Assembly (NCBI GenBank): GCA_016839625.1
Contig: JAEOTY010000021.1
Coordinates: 2,263 to 26,262 of the forward strand
Reading direction: 5' to 3'
Source of the DNA: Candidatus Hodarchaeota archaeon
Lineage (GTDB): Archaea > Asgardarchaeota > Heimdallarchaeia > Hodarchaeales > Hodarchaeaceae
Length of the DNA: 24,000 nucleotides
Shown here: positions 8,330 through 16,555 of the stretch, piece by piece
Position numbering within the stretch: position 1 is the first letter of the stretch
Layout: each line of letters opens with the position of its first letter
Program-made: the position numbers and the translations under genes
Notes under the pieces: generated by a model
Database searches by the model: none
Told to the model about the DNA's origin: nothing
What the model saw: only the letters and a program-made list of their open reading frames with translations

Positions 8330-8854
8330 TTATTGATTTTTGAAATATTCTATTGCTTCTTTTATTATTTCAATTGCTGTTTCTCGATCCGCCCACCCAA
8401 CTATGTGTGTTGTTTTCCCACGTTCTAGATGCTTGTAAGTGTCAAAAAATTCTTCAATCTCACGTAATGAATGTTTAGGTACAGATTCCAATGATTGTAT
8501 TTCTTCCATCCTTGGATCATCTATAGAGACAGCGACAATCTTGTCGTCTTCGCCCTTTTCATCGTCCATTCGTAATACAGCTACTGGCCGTGCTAGAACA
8601 ATACATCCTGGGATCAGTTCAATTCCCGCACTGAGAAGGAGCAAAACGTCTAGTGGATCTCCATCCTTACAGAGTGTTCTTGGGATGTAACCATAAGCAC
8701 TAGGATATACAACTGACGAATGAAGAATTCTATCAACAAATATTGTGTTATATTCTTTATTAAATTCGTATTTCACCTTAGAACCTAAGGGAATTTCAAT
8801 TCTCACATAAATGTCCTCGGGTGGGTTTGGTCCTGGAGGAATTTCTTCTTTCAC
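8330..8854 (-). CDS. ppa: Inorganic pyrophosphatase, family I
   Basis: The 174-aa product carries YPSAYGYIPRTLCKDGDPLDVLLL and DEKGEDDKIVAV, the classic soluble PPase active-site blocks. Confidence 0.92.
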   Translation of the reverse strand: MKEEIPPGPNPPEDIYVRIEIPLGSKVKYEFNKEYNTIFVDRILHSSVVYPSAYGYIPRTLCKDGDPLDVLLLLSAGIELIPGCIVLARPVAVLRMDDEKGEDDKIVAVSIDDPRMEEIQSLESVPKHSLREIEEFFDTYKHLERGKTTHIVGWADRETAIEIIKEAIEYFKNQ

Positions 8855-8879
8855 ATTCCTTCTTCCTTAGACACAGATC

Positions 8880-9842
8880 TTAATAATCTAGTGGTGGTCC
8901 ATCTCTTATTCCTTGTGGTGTTATATGAAAGACGGCTTCTCTTTCTGCCAATTCGGGTGAATCAAATATTCGGGCTATTCGTGTTGTTCCACGAGATTTC
9001 CTTAGGAGGATCCTATGTGTTGGCCTATGTCCCCAAGCGAATCCTAGTGCTGGTTCTAGGCTACTTGTTCCCGTGAAAATGCTATCTGGATTGCTTAGTA
9101 TCTGATTCGTTGTATATACTGCTAGTTCGTATGATTCGGTTAACCGTTGGAGTGTTTCTGCATGAGCCATCAACATTTGTTGTCTTCGTGGTAGGTTATC
9201 CTTCCCAGGAAATTCTGCCCGAAAATGTGAGGCCATTGAATCGACGATTACTAAGCGTACATTGTTCTTTTGGATTATTTTATCTGCTTTTTCGACAATT
9301 TGGATTTGATGATCCGCATTATACGCTCGGCTCACATAGATATTTTGGAGGAATGCTTTGGGATCATCTGTAAATGAATAGCTCATTTCAGCTACTCTCG
9401 ATGGCGCGAAAGTATTCTCTGTATCAATAAACAGAGCTTTTCCGTCCAGTCCCCCCATTTCTTGAGGTTGTTGGACATTTATGCAAAGTTGGAATGCTAA
9501 TTGTGTTTTTCCAGTAGCGAATGCTCCACTAAATTCTGTTATTGCCCCTACTGTTATTCCTCCCCCAAGAATTTCATCCAGTTGTTGTGAAGATGTTGTT
9601 ATTCGTGGTTTTGCCAGTTTTCTCTCAAATAGTTCTGCTGCTGTAATAGGTTCTGCCATTCCGATCAATTTTCGTGCTTGATTTACCGCTCTTGCAGCGG
9701 ATGTACTACTGATTTCGCATCGGCGAACCACTTCCTCAGGTGGGGTTGTAGCTAATGCCATAATGGTCGGATATTGTTCTTGTAGTCGTGCTGTCGTTTC
9801 TTTTGAGATATTCAAAGAGGAAAAGTCATCTTTCTTCGACAT
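8880..9842 (-). CDS. radA: DNA repair and recombination protein RadA (Rad51/RecA family)
   Basis: The 320-aa product has an N-terminal HhH-type domain followed by an ATPase core. Walker A is GAFATGKTQLAFQL, Walker B is RLVIVDSMASHFR, and LDEILGGGITVGAITEF is also present. Confidence 0.92.
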   Translation of the reverse strand: MSKKDDFSSLNISKETTARLQEQYPTIMALATTPPEEVVRRCEISSTSAARAVNQARKLIGMAEPITAAELFERKLAKPRITTSSQQLDEILGGGITVGAITEFSGAFATGKTQLAFQLCINVQQPQEMGGLDGKALFIDTENTFAPSRVAEMSYSFTDDPKAFLQNIYVSRAYNADHQIQIVEKADKIIQKNNVRLVIVDSMASHFRAEFPGKDNLPRRQQMLMAHAETLQRLTESYELAVYTTNQILSNPDSIFTGTSSLEPALGFAWGHRPTHRILLRKSRGTTRIARIFDSPELAEREAVFHITPQGIRDGPPLDY

Positions 9843-9944
9843 TATTATTTCACTATTTCTCGTGCTGTGTTCTCAACATCTGATACCGATATTTATTAGA
9901 ACTCACTTTTAAAGATTTATTATGTTTTTGTGATGACATATGTT

Positions 9945-10847
9945 TTATTGACGAATCTTTGTAATAATATAATCGACTATACTTTTTGCCACCCGGATTT
10001 TTGGATGAGCGATTTCGAAAGCTTTCCAACCTGGGCACGCATTAACCTCTAGCAAATAAAGGCCCTTGTGAGTTGGGTATAAATCAATTCCTGCAACTTC
10101 TATTTTAACTCTCTCAATAATACGTAAAACCAGTTCTTGGTCTTCTTCGGATAGCTTATGAGGGATACAAGTAGCTCCTTGTGCATAATTCGTCCGCCAT
10201 TCACCTTTTGGTGCTATTCTACGCATGGATCCGAGTATCGTGTTTCCAACTACTAATACTCGAATATCCTCAATTTGATCGGGTGTGTCTTGTGAAGATC
10301 CCCTTAGGTACTCTTGCACCATAACGGGTGTGTCGTACCGTAAAAAAAGGGCATCAATTATTTCTTTGGCTCCGTGTCTACTAGGAGCAAGTATTGTTCC
10401 CGCTCCTTGTGTAGCATTAGGTAATTTAATCACGATTGGAAACTTAAATGACGTCATCAACTTGTCAAACATATAAGAATTGTTAATCAACATTGTTTTT
10501 GGCAGTAGAATACCTGGTATGTCACTTAGAGCCTGGTAACATCGAAATTTATCTCGTACCAAGAACAGGGCTTTGGAAGAAATTGTTGTGGGAATATTCA
10601 TTAATTCAAATTGCTGAAGAATTATTAAACCAATATCGGTTTGCGACCGACCGATTCTTGGGATGATTCCTGCTAAAGCTTTCAGTGTCTGGTTACCTAA
10701 GAATGCATCGATATCAGAAGAATCTATTAAAGGAGAGATAAATCGAGTGGATAGAAACACTCCGTTGATATCTCGTTGATCCATCTCAGCTAAGAGTTGG
10801 GTTGTTGGAAAATACTCACGATTCTTGCTTAGAACACCCAAATTCAT
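9945..10847 (-). CDS. RimK/LysX-family ATP-grasp ligase (alpha-L-glutamate ligase-like)
   Basis: The 300-aa product has ATP-grasp blocks FPIVIKLPNATQGAGTIL, VMVQEYL, DIRVLVVGNTILGSMRRIAPKGEWRTNYAQGA and YLLEVNACPGW. The substrate cannot be inferred from sequence. Confidence 0.8.
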   Translation of the reverse strand: MNLGVLSKNREYFPTTQLLAEMDQRDINGVFLSTRFISPLIDSSDIDAFLGNQTLKALAGIIPRIGRSQTDIGLIILQQFELMNIPTTISSKALFLVRDKFRCYQALSDIPGILLPKTMLINNSYMFDKLMTSFKFPIVIKLPNATQGAGTILAPSRHGAKEIIDALFLRYDTPVMVQEYLRGSSQDTPDQIEDIRVLVVGNTILGSMRRIAPKGEWRTNYAQGATCIPHKLSEEDQELVLRIIERVKIEVAGIDLYPTHKGLYLLEVNACPGWKAFEIAHPKIRVAKSIVDYIITKIRQ

Positions 10848-10954
10848 GGAAATCTCCCGTTTTCAACCTCAGTTAGCTCTATTCATTTTCTAATCTTACT
10901 TTTCCAATAAAAATGTTTTCGGTAATCTCGTAAAGTTTCCTAAGAAAATGATAA

Positions 10955-11062
10955 TGGCCCCGCCCAGATTCGAACTGGGGTCAGAGAATTACACCACGTG
11001 TTTCTATTTTGCTAGGAACACGTTCCAGAGTCCTCTATGATTGACCGCTACACCACGGGGCT
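10955..11062 (-). tRNA. tRNA-Gln (anticodon CUG) with an intron of about 35 nt at the canonical 37/38 position; CCA is not encoded
   Basis: The minus-strand sequence reads AGCCCCG-TG-GTGT-AGCGGTCAA-TCAT-A-GAGGA-CTCTGG-[AACGTGTTCCTAGCAAAATAGAAACACGTGGTGTA]-A-TTCTC-TGAC-CCCAG-TTCGAAT-CTGGG-CGGGGCC-A. The anticodon stem is GAGGA/TTCTC. U33 is present and the T-loop is TTCGAAT. The intron lies at about 10990-11024. Confidence 0.8.
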
Positions 11063-11066
11063 AGTG

Positions 11067-11279
11067 TTATCGAGTAGGACTAGAAAAAGTAAGGATGTCA
11101 TCAATCAATTCAACGTGAGTTATTAACATCCGTCGACAACAATAACGTTGTAGCTCAAAAGAATCAAGAAGTTCATTTGGGTCTTTTCCTTCCTTTACTC
11201 CTTGTTTAAACTCCTCATATAAGTGAGCTATTACCTTACCACAGGTATAGCAACGGATAGGGATCATCATTGCTCTCAT
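11067..11279 (-). CDS. rpoN: DNA-directed RNA polymerase subunit N (Rpo10/Rpb10 homolog)
   Basis: The motifs [13 protein letters not shown]...[16 protein letters not shown] are the diagnostic Zn-binding CxxC...CC signature of RpoN. The true start is probably the Met at 11270 or 11267 (MMIPIRC). Confidence 0.9.
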   Translation of the reverse strand: MRAMMIPIRCYTCGKVIAHLYEEFKQGVKEGKDPNELLDSFELQRYCCRRMLITHVELIDDILTFSSPTR

Positions 11280-11294
11280 ACACCTCGGATTTGA

Positions 11295-11948
11295 TCACAT
11301 TTCCCCTGCTGGCATCGGTCTACGACCGCGTGGGGCCCTGAAATGTTCCACTCTCAGTTGAGCATCCTTTTCTGGTGTTAATTCTCCCCGTTCTTTTAAA
11401 ACTTCCTTTGTAAGAAGCCAAAAGATCATGGCGAGAGAATTACGGCCTTTGTTATTACAGGGAATTGCCACATCAACATTACTTGTAACGTTGTCAGTGT
11501 CTACCAGTGATACAACAGGGATCCCTACTCGTGCTGCTTCTTTAAGTGCTTGTCTATCAAAATGAGGATCAGTTATTAGCACGGTGGAAGGTTGTAGATA
11601 ATGGTATCGTCCATAAATATTAGGATTAGTAAAGATACCAGGGATAAAACGACCTGTGATTGGAATTGCACCTGCAACTTTGCTAAACATTTCAACGGGG
11701 TAAATCCCATATGCTCGTACGCTACAAGCCACCACCCTGTTTATATTCTGTCGAGCAAGGAATTGAGCAGCAACACGAATACGTTCATCGGTTTTATGGA
11801 CATCCAACACATATAAGCCATCGCTTCGTGTGCGATAAATCGCCCATTCCATGCTTTTCATCCCAGAAGAGGTTCCAATGTGGACGCCAGCTTTCAAATA
11901 ATCTTCTAGGGGGGCAAGTAGCTCTCCTTCTTGCTCAGGGGATAACAT
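11295..11948 (-). CDS. rps2: 30S ribosomal protein uS2 (archaeal/eukaryotic SA type)
   Basis: The 217-aa product contains LEDYLKAGVHIGTSSGMKSMEWAIYRTRSDGLYVLDVHKTDERIRVAAQFL and PVVSLVDTDNVTSNVDVAIPCNNKGRNSLAMIFWLL. Confidence 0.92.
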   Translation of the reverse strand: MLSPEQEGELLAPLEDYLKAGVHIGTSSGMKSMEWAIYRTRSDGLYVLDVHKTDERIRVAAQFLARQNINRVVACSVRAYGIYPVEMFSKVAGAIPITGRFIPGIFTNPNIYGRYHYLQPSTVLITDPHFDRQALKEAARVGIPVVSLVDTDNVTSNVDVAIPCNNKGRNSLAMIFWLLTKEVLKERGELTPEKDAQLRVEHFRAPRGRRPMPAGEM

Positions 11949-12071
11949 TTAATATTAATTCCTTGGGATAATTAGCTATTCCTACTTTAAGTATCAATGA
12001 GGGTTCTTAAAAGTAAGGTTAAGAAGTTTTGGAGTATTTCAATGTCTTTGATGTTAGAAAAGAAAGAATAC

Positions 12072-12845
12072 CTAATCATAAATAAATTGAATAGTCTTCC
12101 GTTCAGAGTCAGCCCAAGAGGCTCGTTCGGATTCTACCATTAGTTTCATGAGCATACGAACATCTGGCGGCGGGAGAGACGACCAAGATTGCTTCATTTT
12201 AACAATATCAAAAGCTGTGACCATATCATAACCGTGTTGAAAGGCATACTGGTATAACTCATCAGTATGGGACTTTAGGGTTTTCCAGTACACCCGAAGT
12301 CGTGTTTGTTCAGAATCCCACCATTTAGCTTTATCAATTTCAACCAAATACTCAGAAATCATAACTAGTTGGGGAAGAGTTAATTTTTTCTTCAGAATAG
12401 AATTTTGGAAAGGATAAACTAGCGCTACTTCTTGTAAATCAAGAATGTGGAAATTTAATACTCGGGCAAAATCAAGTATAAATTCGCCCCACGTAATGAG
12501 CCATTGTTGCTTGAGCTGTGGGTCATCAGGTACCATCCAGCGCCAAGGTTTTTTTACCCACGCAGGCAGAACTGGTTTTACTCGGGGATCAACGACTCCT
12601 GGTTGAAGTGTTGTAGTAAGAGAAGGTTTTACAGTTGATTCAACTGCTGTACGAATCTCAGGTATTGTCTTGTGTTGAAAAGATGGAGTTGTTGAAGGTC
12701 GTGACATTTCAGTGCTTATTTGTGTTAAATCTGGAGATTCTATCTCCGTCTTTTCCTTCGCAACCTCATCTAAGACTGATCCGAGAATATCTATTGATTC
12801 AGTTTTTTTCTTCTCTTTGTCTCTTTTTCGTTGCATTTCAGCCAT
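12072..12845 (-). CDS. vps25: ESCRT-II subunit Vps25-like protein with an N-terminal low-complexity extension of about 100 aa
   Basis: Residues from about 100 to 257 follow the tandem winged-helix pattern of eukaryotic VPS25: PWRWMVPDDPQLKQQWLITWGEFILDFARVLNFHILDLQE...PFQNSILKKKLTLPQLVMISEYLVEIDKAKWWDSEQTRLRVYWKTLKSHTDELYQYAFQHG. Compare human FPPFFTLQPN..TRQKQLAAW..LVL.FCR...LFNN..L.RKL...I..VL..L...GN.EW.D... Confidence 0.75.
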   Translation of the reverse strand: MAEMQRKRDKEKKKTESIDILGSVLDEVAKEKTEIESPDLTQISTEMSRPSTTPSFQHKTIPEIRTAVESTVKPSLTTTLQPGVVDPRVKPVLPAWVKKPWRWMVPDDPQLKQQWLITWGEFILDFARVLNFHILDLQEVALVYPFQNSILKKKLTLPQLVMISEYLVEIDKAKWWDSEQTRLRVYWKTLKSHTDELYQYAFQHGYDMVTAFDIVKMKQSWSSLPPPDVRMLMKLMVESERASWADSERKTIQFIYD

Positions 12846-12887
12846 GAAATCCCAACTTACTTTTCAAAAACAAATAAAAGGGTCAGA

Positions 12888-14036
12888 TTAACCCCCAAAT
12901 TGGTCTTTCCACTCTTCAAAACGCGTCAATTCTTTGGGTGACACTGAGGGTTTGATACTTTCCATACCTACAAGAAAATCCTTTGAACTTGGGGCTCGAG
13001 GTTGAATGGTTGTATCTTTTAGGGCTCCATCAGCGTCGAGCTCCCTGATCGGAGACATCAATGCTTCACGACAGAGTAGAGCAATATCTGCAGCTGTGTA
13101 TCCAGCAGTATACTTTGATAATTCCTCAAAACTCACATCAGGATCTAGATTCACGCCACGAGTATGAATCTGAAACATTTTTTCTCGGGCTCCTGTTGTT
13201 GGCAACGTTACATATACCCGTCTTTCAAATCGTCGGCGCATTGCTGCATCTATATCCCAGGGTGTGTTTGTTGCCCCAACTGTCACCAGTAGTTCATCTC
13301 CTGTACCAAATCCCTCAACTGCTTGTAATAATTGTGTTTTTACACGACGCATTGCTTCTCCTTCAGAACTGCCTCCTCTTGCTCCTGCTAGTGAGTCAAT
13401 TTCGTCAAAAAATATTATAGAAGGTGCTTCTTCAGTCGCCCGCTCATATAATTCCTGTACTAACTTTTCTGATTCTCCTAACCATTTGCTAATCAAGTTC
13501 GCTGCGCTGACAGAAAAAAATGTTGAGTCTACTTCTGATGCAACGGCCTTGCAGAGATAGGTTTTTCCACATCCAGGGGGGCCGTACATTAAAATTCCCT
13601 TCCATGGTTTCCGAGCACCTTTGAATAAATCGGGCCTAGACATAGGGAGGATGATGGCTTCTCGTAAGGCGCGTTTTGCACCTTCCATACCTGCGACATC
13701 TTCCCATTTAACATTGGGTTTTTCACGAACAATTACACTTGATATTGCTCCAGATATTTCATCTTCTGCTTCCGGTGATGCTGAGGCTGAAGAGCTTGTC
13801 TTACCTTCAGAAGAACCTGGTATACCACGAATTTCTTTTACACGAAGAATATATTCCATGGCTTTTTGATAGTACATATTCTTCATATTTGGGTCTTCAG
13901 TAAAATTAATCAGCTTTTGTAACTGTTCTGCAGCACTTACATAATAGCGTACAGCTTGTTGAGCTTGGCCACCTTGATCGAGTTTATATGCCATGGCTGC
14001 ATTCTTTTTGGCAGCATCAAACAATGGTGAACTCAT
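12888..14036 (-). CDS. vps4: Vps4/CdvC-type AAA+ ATPase with an N-terminal MIT domain
   Basis: The MIT-like three-helix N-terminus is AMAYKLDQGGQAQQAVRYYVSAAEQLQKL...YYQKAMEYILRVKEIR. Walker A is ILMYGPPGCGKTYL and Walker B is IIFFDEIDSL. The second region of homology is TNTPWDIDAAMRRRFERR. The product is 382 aa. Confidence 0.92.
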   Translation of the reverse strand: MSSPLFDAAKKNAAMAYKLDQGGQAQQAVRYYVSAAEQLQKLINFTEDPNMKNMYYQKAMEYILRVKEIRGIPGSSEGKTSSSASASPEAEDEISGAISSVIVREKPNVKWEDVAGMEGAKRALREAIILPMSRPDLFKGARKPWKGILMYGPPGCGKTYLCKAVASEVDSTFFSVSAANLISKWLGESEKLVQELYERATEEAPSIIFFDEIDSLAGARGGSSEGEAMRRVKTQLLQAVEGFGTGDELLVTVGATNTPWDIDAAMRRRFERRVYVTLPTTGAREKMFQIHTRGVNLDPDVSFEELSKYTAGYTAADIALLCREALMSPIRELDADGALKDTTIQPRAPSSKDFLVGMESIKPSVSPKELTRFEEWKDQFGG

Positions 14037-14104
14037 GTTTTAATCTCCAGAAAATACCTAATAATCAATGATAGAGAAAACCGAAGGGGGAGCTGCGCGT
14101 CCAT

Positions 14105-14719
14105 CTACCCTTTCTTGATTTTCTCCAATTCTTTTTGTAGTTCTTGGGATCGAATGTCAGGTGAAGGTAGTCCAAAATCAGCCGCAGCTGCCTTAGAAGC
14201 ACTTAATTCTCCTATTATCTTGTCTACCATTTCATCTTCCTCAATATCGGAGGTCATCATCTCAAACCCTTCATCCATGGCTTCAGTAGCCATGTCAACC
14301 CTTTCGGTTTCGATCTCCATCTGTTCAAGGACACCTTCTAGTTGAGGAATCTTAAGCTGTCTATTCATGGCGTGAAGTGTTTTCACTAGTCCCTTAAGAT
14401 CCTGACCTATGGCTTGAGTGGCTGCAGCTTGTTCTAGCTTGAATTTAATTCCTTTTACTCGACTCGCCATTTGTTGACATCCACGGGCCATGGTTCGATT
14501 TTTAGCTACATCTTTCGCTAATAGTCTTGCGGTCGACATATCGCCTTGTTCGATGGATCTCTCGACTTCCTTGAGCATCCGTTTTTCTTCTTTAATGAGT
14601 TTTCTCCGCTGACGATCCATTCGTCTTTCTACCATGCGAAGTCGACTAATCCATCTTCGTGTGGATTTTGCTCCACTACCTCCGCCTTTCAACCATTGTC
14701 CGAATTTATCGAAAACCAT
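14105..14719 (-). CDS. ESCRT-III (Snf7 family) protein, Vps2/24/46 (CHMP2/3/1)-like
   Basis: The 204-aa product has a basic N-terminal helical hairpin (RRMDRQRRKLIKEEKRMLKEVERSIEQGDMSTARLLAKDVAKNR), an acidic C-terminal half, and a terminal amphipathic helix SQELQKELEKIKKG that fits the MIM1 pattern L-x3-L-x2-[LI]-K. Confidence 0.85.
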   Translation of the reverse strand: MVFDKFGQWLKGGGSGAKSTRRWISRLRMVERRMDRQRRKLIKEEKRMLKEVERSIEQGDMSTARLLAKDVAKNRTMARGCQQMASRVKGIKFKLEQAAATQAIGQDLKGLVKTLHAMNRQLKIPQLEGVLEQMEIETERVDMATEAMDEGFEMMTSDIEEDEMVDKIIGELSASKAAAADFGLPSPDIRSQELQKELEKIKKG

Positions 14720-14721
14720 GT

Positions 14722-15396
14722 CTAGGACCTCAATCCTTCTTCAATCTGTCGTCTCATTTCATCTAGCTTCTTTTTATCAGCTTCACGCTTGGCAGGAGCT
14801 GCTGTTTCAGTCACAGTAGTGGTAGGAGTGGATGTTTCGATATTTGCTGCTGGTAATGAGCCTGACATTTCAGCTTCCAGCTCAGCCATTTGCATAGAGA
14901 TACGATCATCTGCCTCGACATCCATACCAATTTCTGTAATTGAGGTATCAGTCAAGGCTTCATCCATATCTGAAACCATCTCTATGGACTCTTCCAAAGA
15001 CATCATGACTTCTTCTGTTTTTTCAGGAGAAGCAGCTTCAACGTTAGCATCAATAGCCGTTTGGGCATGCGATAAGGTGTCTGTAAGAGTGACGTTATCC
15101 GCAGAGATGTCTAACGTATCAATCGTTCTTTGAAGGTTTGCAATTTTATTGTAAGTGTTTGTAACCTGAGTTAAATAGAGTTCACGGCGTTTTAATGCCT
15201 GTTGAGCTCCTAGTTTATTTCCAGCTTTCAACAGAGTTCGAGCAAGCTCATATTGTTCATTCGATTGTCTTTGATAGTTTTTAATTTTGACTTCCATTTG
15301 ATTGATGGTTCTCTTTAATTTGGCTTTCGTTTCAGTCGAACTACTAGGTTTTTTTCCGGTTAAAAAACCTCTAAATCTTTTCAAGGGTAAATTCAT
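14722..15396 (-). CDS. ESCRT-III (Snf7 family) protein, Vps20/32/60 (CHMP6/4/5)-like
   Basis: The 224-aa product has a basic N-terminal half with the Snf7-like block ARTLLKAGNKLGAQQALKRRELYLTQVTNTYNKIANLQRTIDTLD, a strongly acidic C-terminal half, and a C-terminal helix KKKLDEMRRQIEEGLRS. Its stop lies 2 nt before the start of the next ESCRT-III gene. Confidence 0.8.
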   Translation of the reverse strand: MNLPLKRFRGFLTGKKPSSSTETKAKLKRTINQMEVKIKNYQRQSNEQYELARTLLKAGNKLGAQQALKRRELYLTQVTNTYNKIANLQRTIDTLDISADNVTLTDTLSHAQTAIDANVEAASPEKTEEVMMSLEESIEMVSDMDEALTDTSITEIGMDVEADDRISMQMAELEAEMSGSLPAANIETSTPTTTVTETAAPAKREADKKKLDEMRRQIEEGLRS

Positions 15397-15600
15397 CTCA
15401 CTAAATTATTAATAAATAATTATTATTCTTATTAATTTAAAGTCTTTACTTGTTCTTCAGATTTGTTATTTAAAAAAACTTCCCATCCAAAACTCTAAAA
15501 GTCCCTTTATGAGTTTAAAAAATTGAATACTTATCTATTCACACCTAGAATGTTTCGCTATCAGAATAGAAGGGAGTGTACCAACGTTTTAATGAGGTGA

Positions 15601-16317
15601 TCAAACCCCTGGAAAAGAAATGACCATTCCATCTAGAGTTTCAGTTTTAATTGCAATTTTCTGTTGGATTAGTTTTGTCAGAGCTTGATTCACACGTTCT
15701 AATGTCCATGATGTCTCTTGAACCAACTCGGTTAAACCAATTTCTCCTTGAAATCGAGCTGCTAGTTCCAGTATAACTTGGTGGTCTTTGGTTAGATTTG
15801 GATCTACAAAAACAACCACTTTCATGCCAGCTAATTGACGGATTTCATGAATCATACCATTTTTTTCTAATAAACTTAGAGCAGTTGTGATATCAGCGAT
15901 TGACGTTGTAATGCCTCGACTCTCATCTGTTAATTTTAACACTAATTCAGATACACTTAGAAGACCACCAGTTTGATTTCTCACTTGTTTTCCAATTTCA
16001 AGTATCCTGATTGCCAAAAAATTGTGATATTCATCCGTTCCCTTCAAACGCTGAATGAAACCTGATTTTTTACCGACTTCATAAATCCCGAGTGCACGTG
16101 GAAGACCGACTTCTTCCCTAAGATTCATTAAACGTTTTGAGAGTTCGGGATTTTTCTTTATATCAGCTTGATACTTTTTTTCTAACGTTTGTAACTCAGT
16201 GTGAAGCTCTTGGACTTTCTTGCTCATAGTATCTAAGGATTTCAGTGCCATTTCTGCACCTTTCCGCTTCATTTCAGCTTCCCTGGTGAGCTTCTCTTCA
16301 ATTCGTCGTAATCCCAT
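15601..16317 (-). CDS. vps22: ESCRT-II subunit Vps22/36-like protein (EAP30 domain)
   Basis: The 238-aa product is collinear with human SNF8/EAP30. Matching blocks are KYQADIKKNPELSKRLMNLREEVGLPRALG (vs KHKQEIRKNPEFRVQFQDMCATIGVDPLASG), YHNFLAIRILEIGKQVRNQTGGLLSVSEL (vs [28 protein letters not shown]) and DHQVILELAA (vs DHTVVLQLAE). Confidence 0.85.
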   Translation of the reverse strand: MGLRRIEEKLTREAEMKRKGAEMALKSLDTMSKKVQELHTELQTLEKKYQADIKKNPELSKRLMNLREEVGLPRALGIYEVGKKSGFIQRLKGTDEYHNFLAIRILEIGKQVRNQTGGLLSVSELVLKLTDESRGITTSIADITTALSLLEKNGMIHEIRQLAGMKVVVFVDPNLTKDHQVILELAARFQGEIGLTELVQETSWTLERVNQALTKLIQQKIAIKTETLDGMVISFPGV

Positions 16318-16555
16318 GAGAATTCCTATCTTTTCTTCTTTGATGTCAAGATTAATTGGATTTACTTTATTTATAATTTTATATTTTCCGATACCGGATA
16401 ATCATGCTAAGGCTAATAATGCTGCTTACAAGGATGAATAATGATTCTACTTAACACATTCTGGAAAACAGATGAAATCTAATAATACCATATTATGTCC
16501 AGATTTTGTATGCTTATAAACATCAAACTGAATTACGTACCTACTGGGATTATAC
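16318..16555. promoter_or_regulatory. AT-rich divergent intergenic region, probably holding promoters for the Vps22/36-like gene (-) and the Zn-finger gene (+)
   Basis: The 238-nt non-coding gap lies between divergent starts. TATA-like TTATAAA at 16514-16520 sits 36-42 nt upstream of the + ATG. An A/T block at 16366-16386 (minus-strand reading ATATAAAATTATAAATAAA) sits 50-70 nt upstream of the minus ATG. There is no experimental support. Confidence 0.35.

Noticed and set aside
8439-9681. Plus-strand ORFs 8439-8690, 8891-9076, 9110-9373 and 9481-9681
   Set aside because: They are antisense to the well-supported ppa and radA genes.
9853-10038. 61-aa minus-strand ORF between the radA and ATP-grasp genes
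   Set aside because: It overlaps the 3' end of the ATP-grasp CDS in another frame, is lysine/serine-rich and low in complexity, and has no motif.
10285-12847. Plus-strand ORFs 10285-10476, 11601-11816, 11711-11971 and 12635-12847
   Set aside because: They are antisense shadows of the ATP-grasp, uS2 and Vps25-like genes.
13061-15133. Plus-strand ORFs 13061-13420, 13264-13560, 13621-13869, 14115-14345, 14634-14819 and 14789-15133
   Set aside because: All are antisense to Vps4 or the ESCRT-III genes. Their Ser/Ala/Leu-rich translations mirror the Glu/Ala/Leu-rich coiled-coil coding strand, and they have no independent support.
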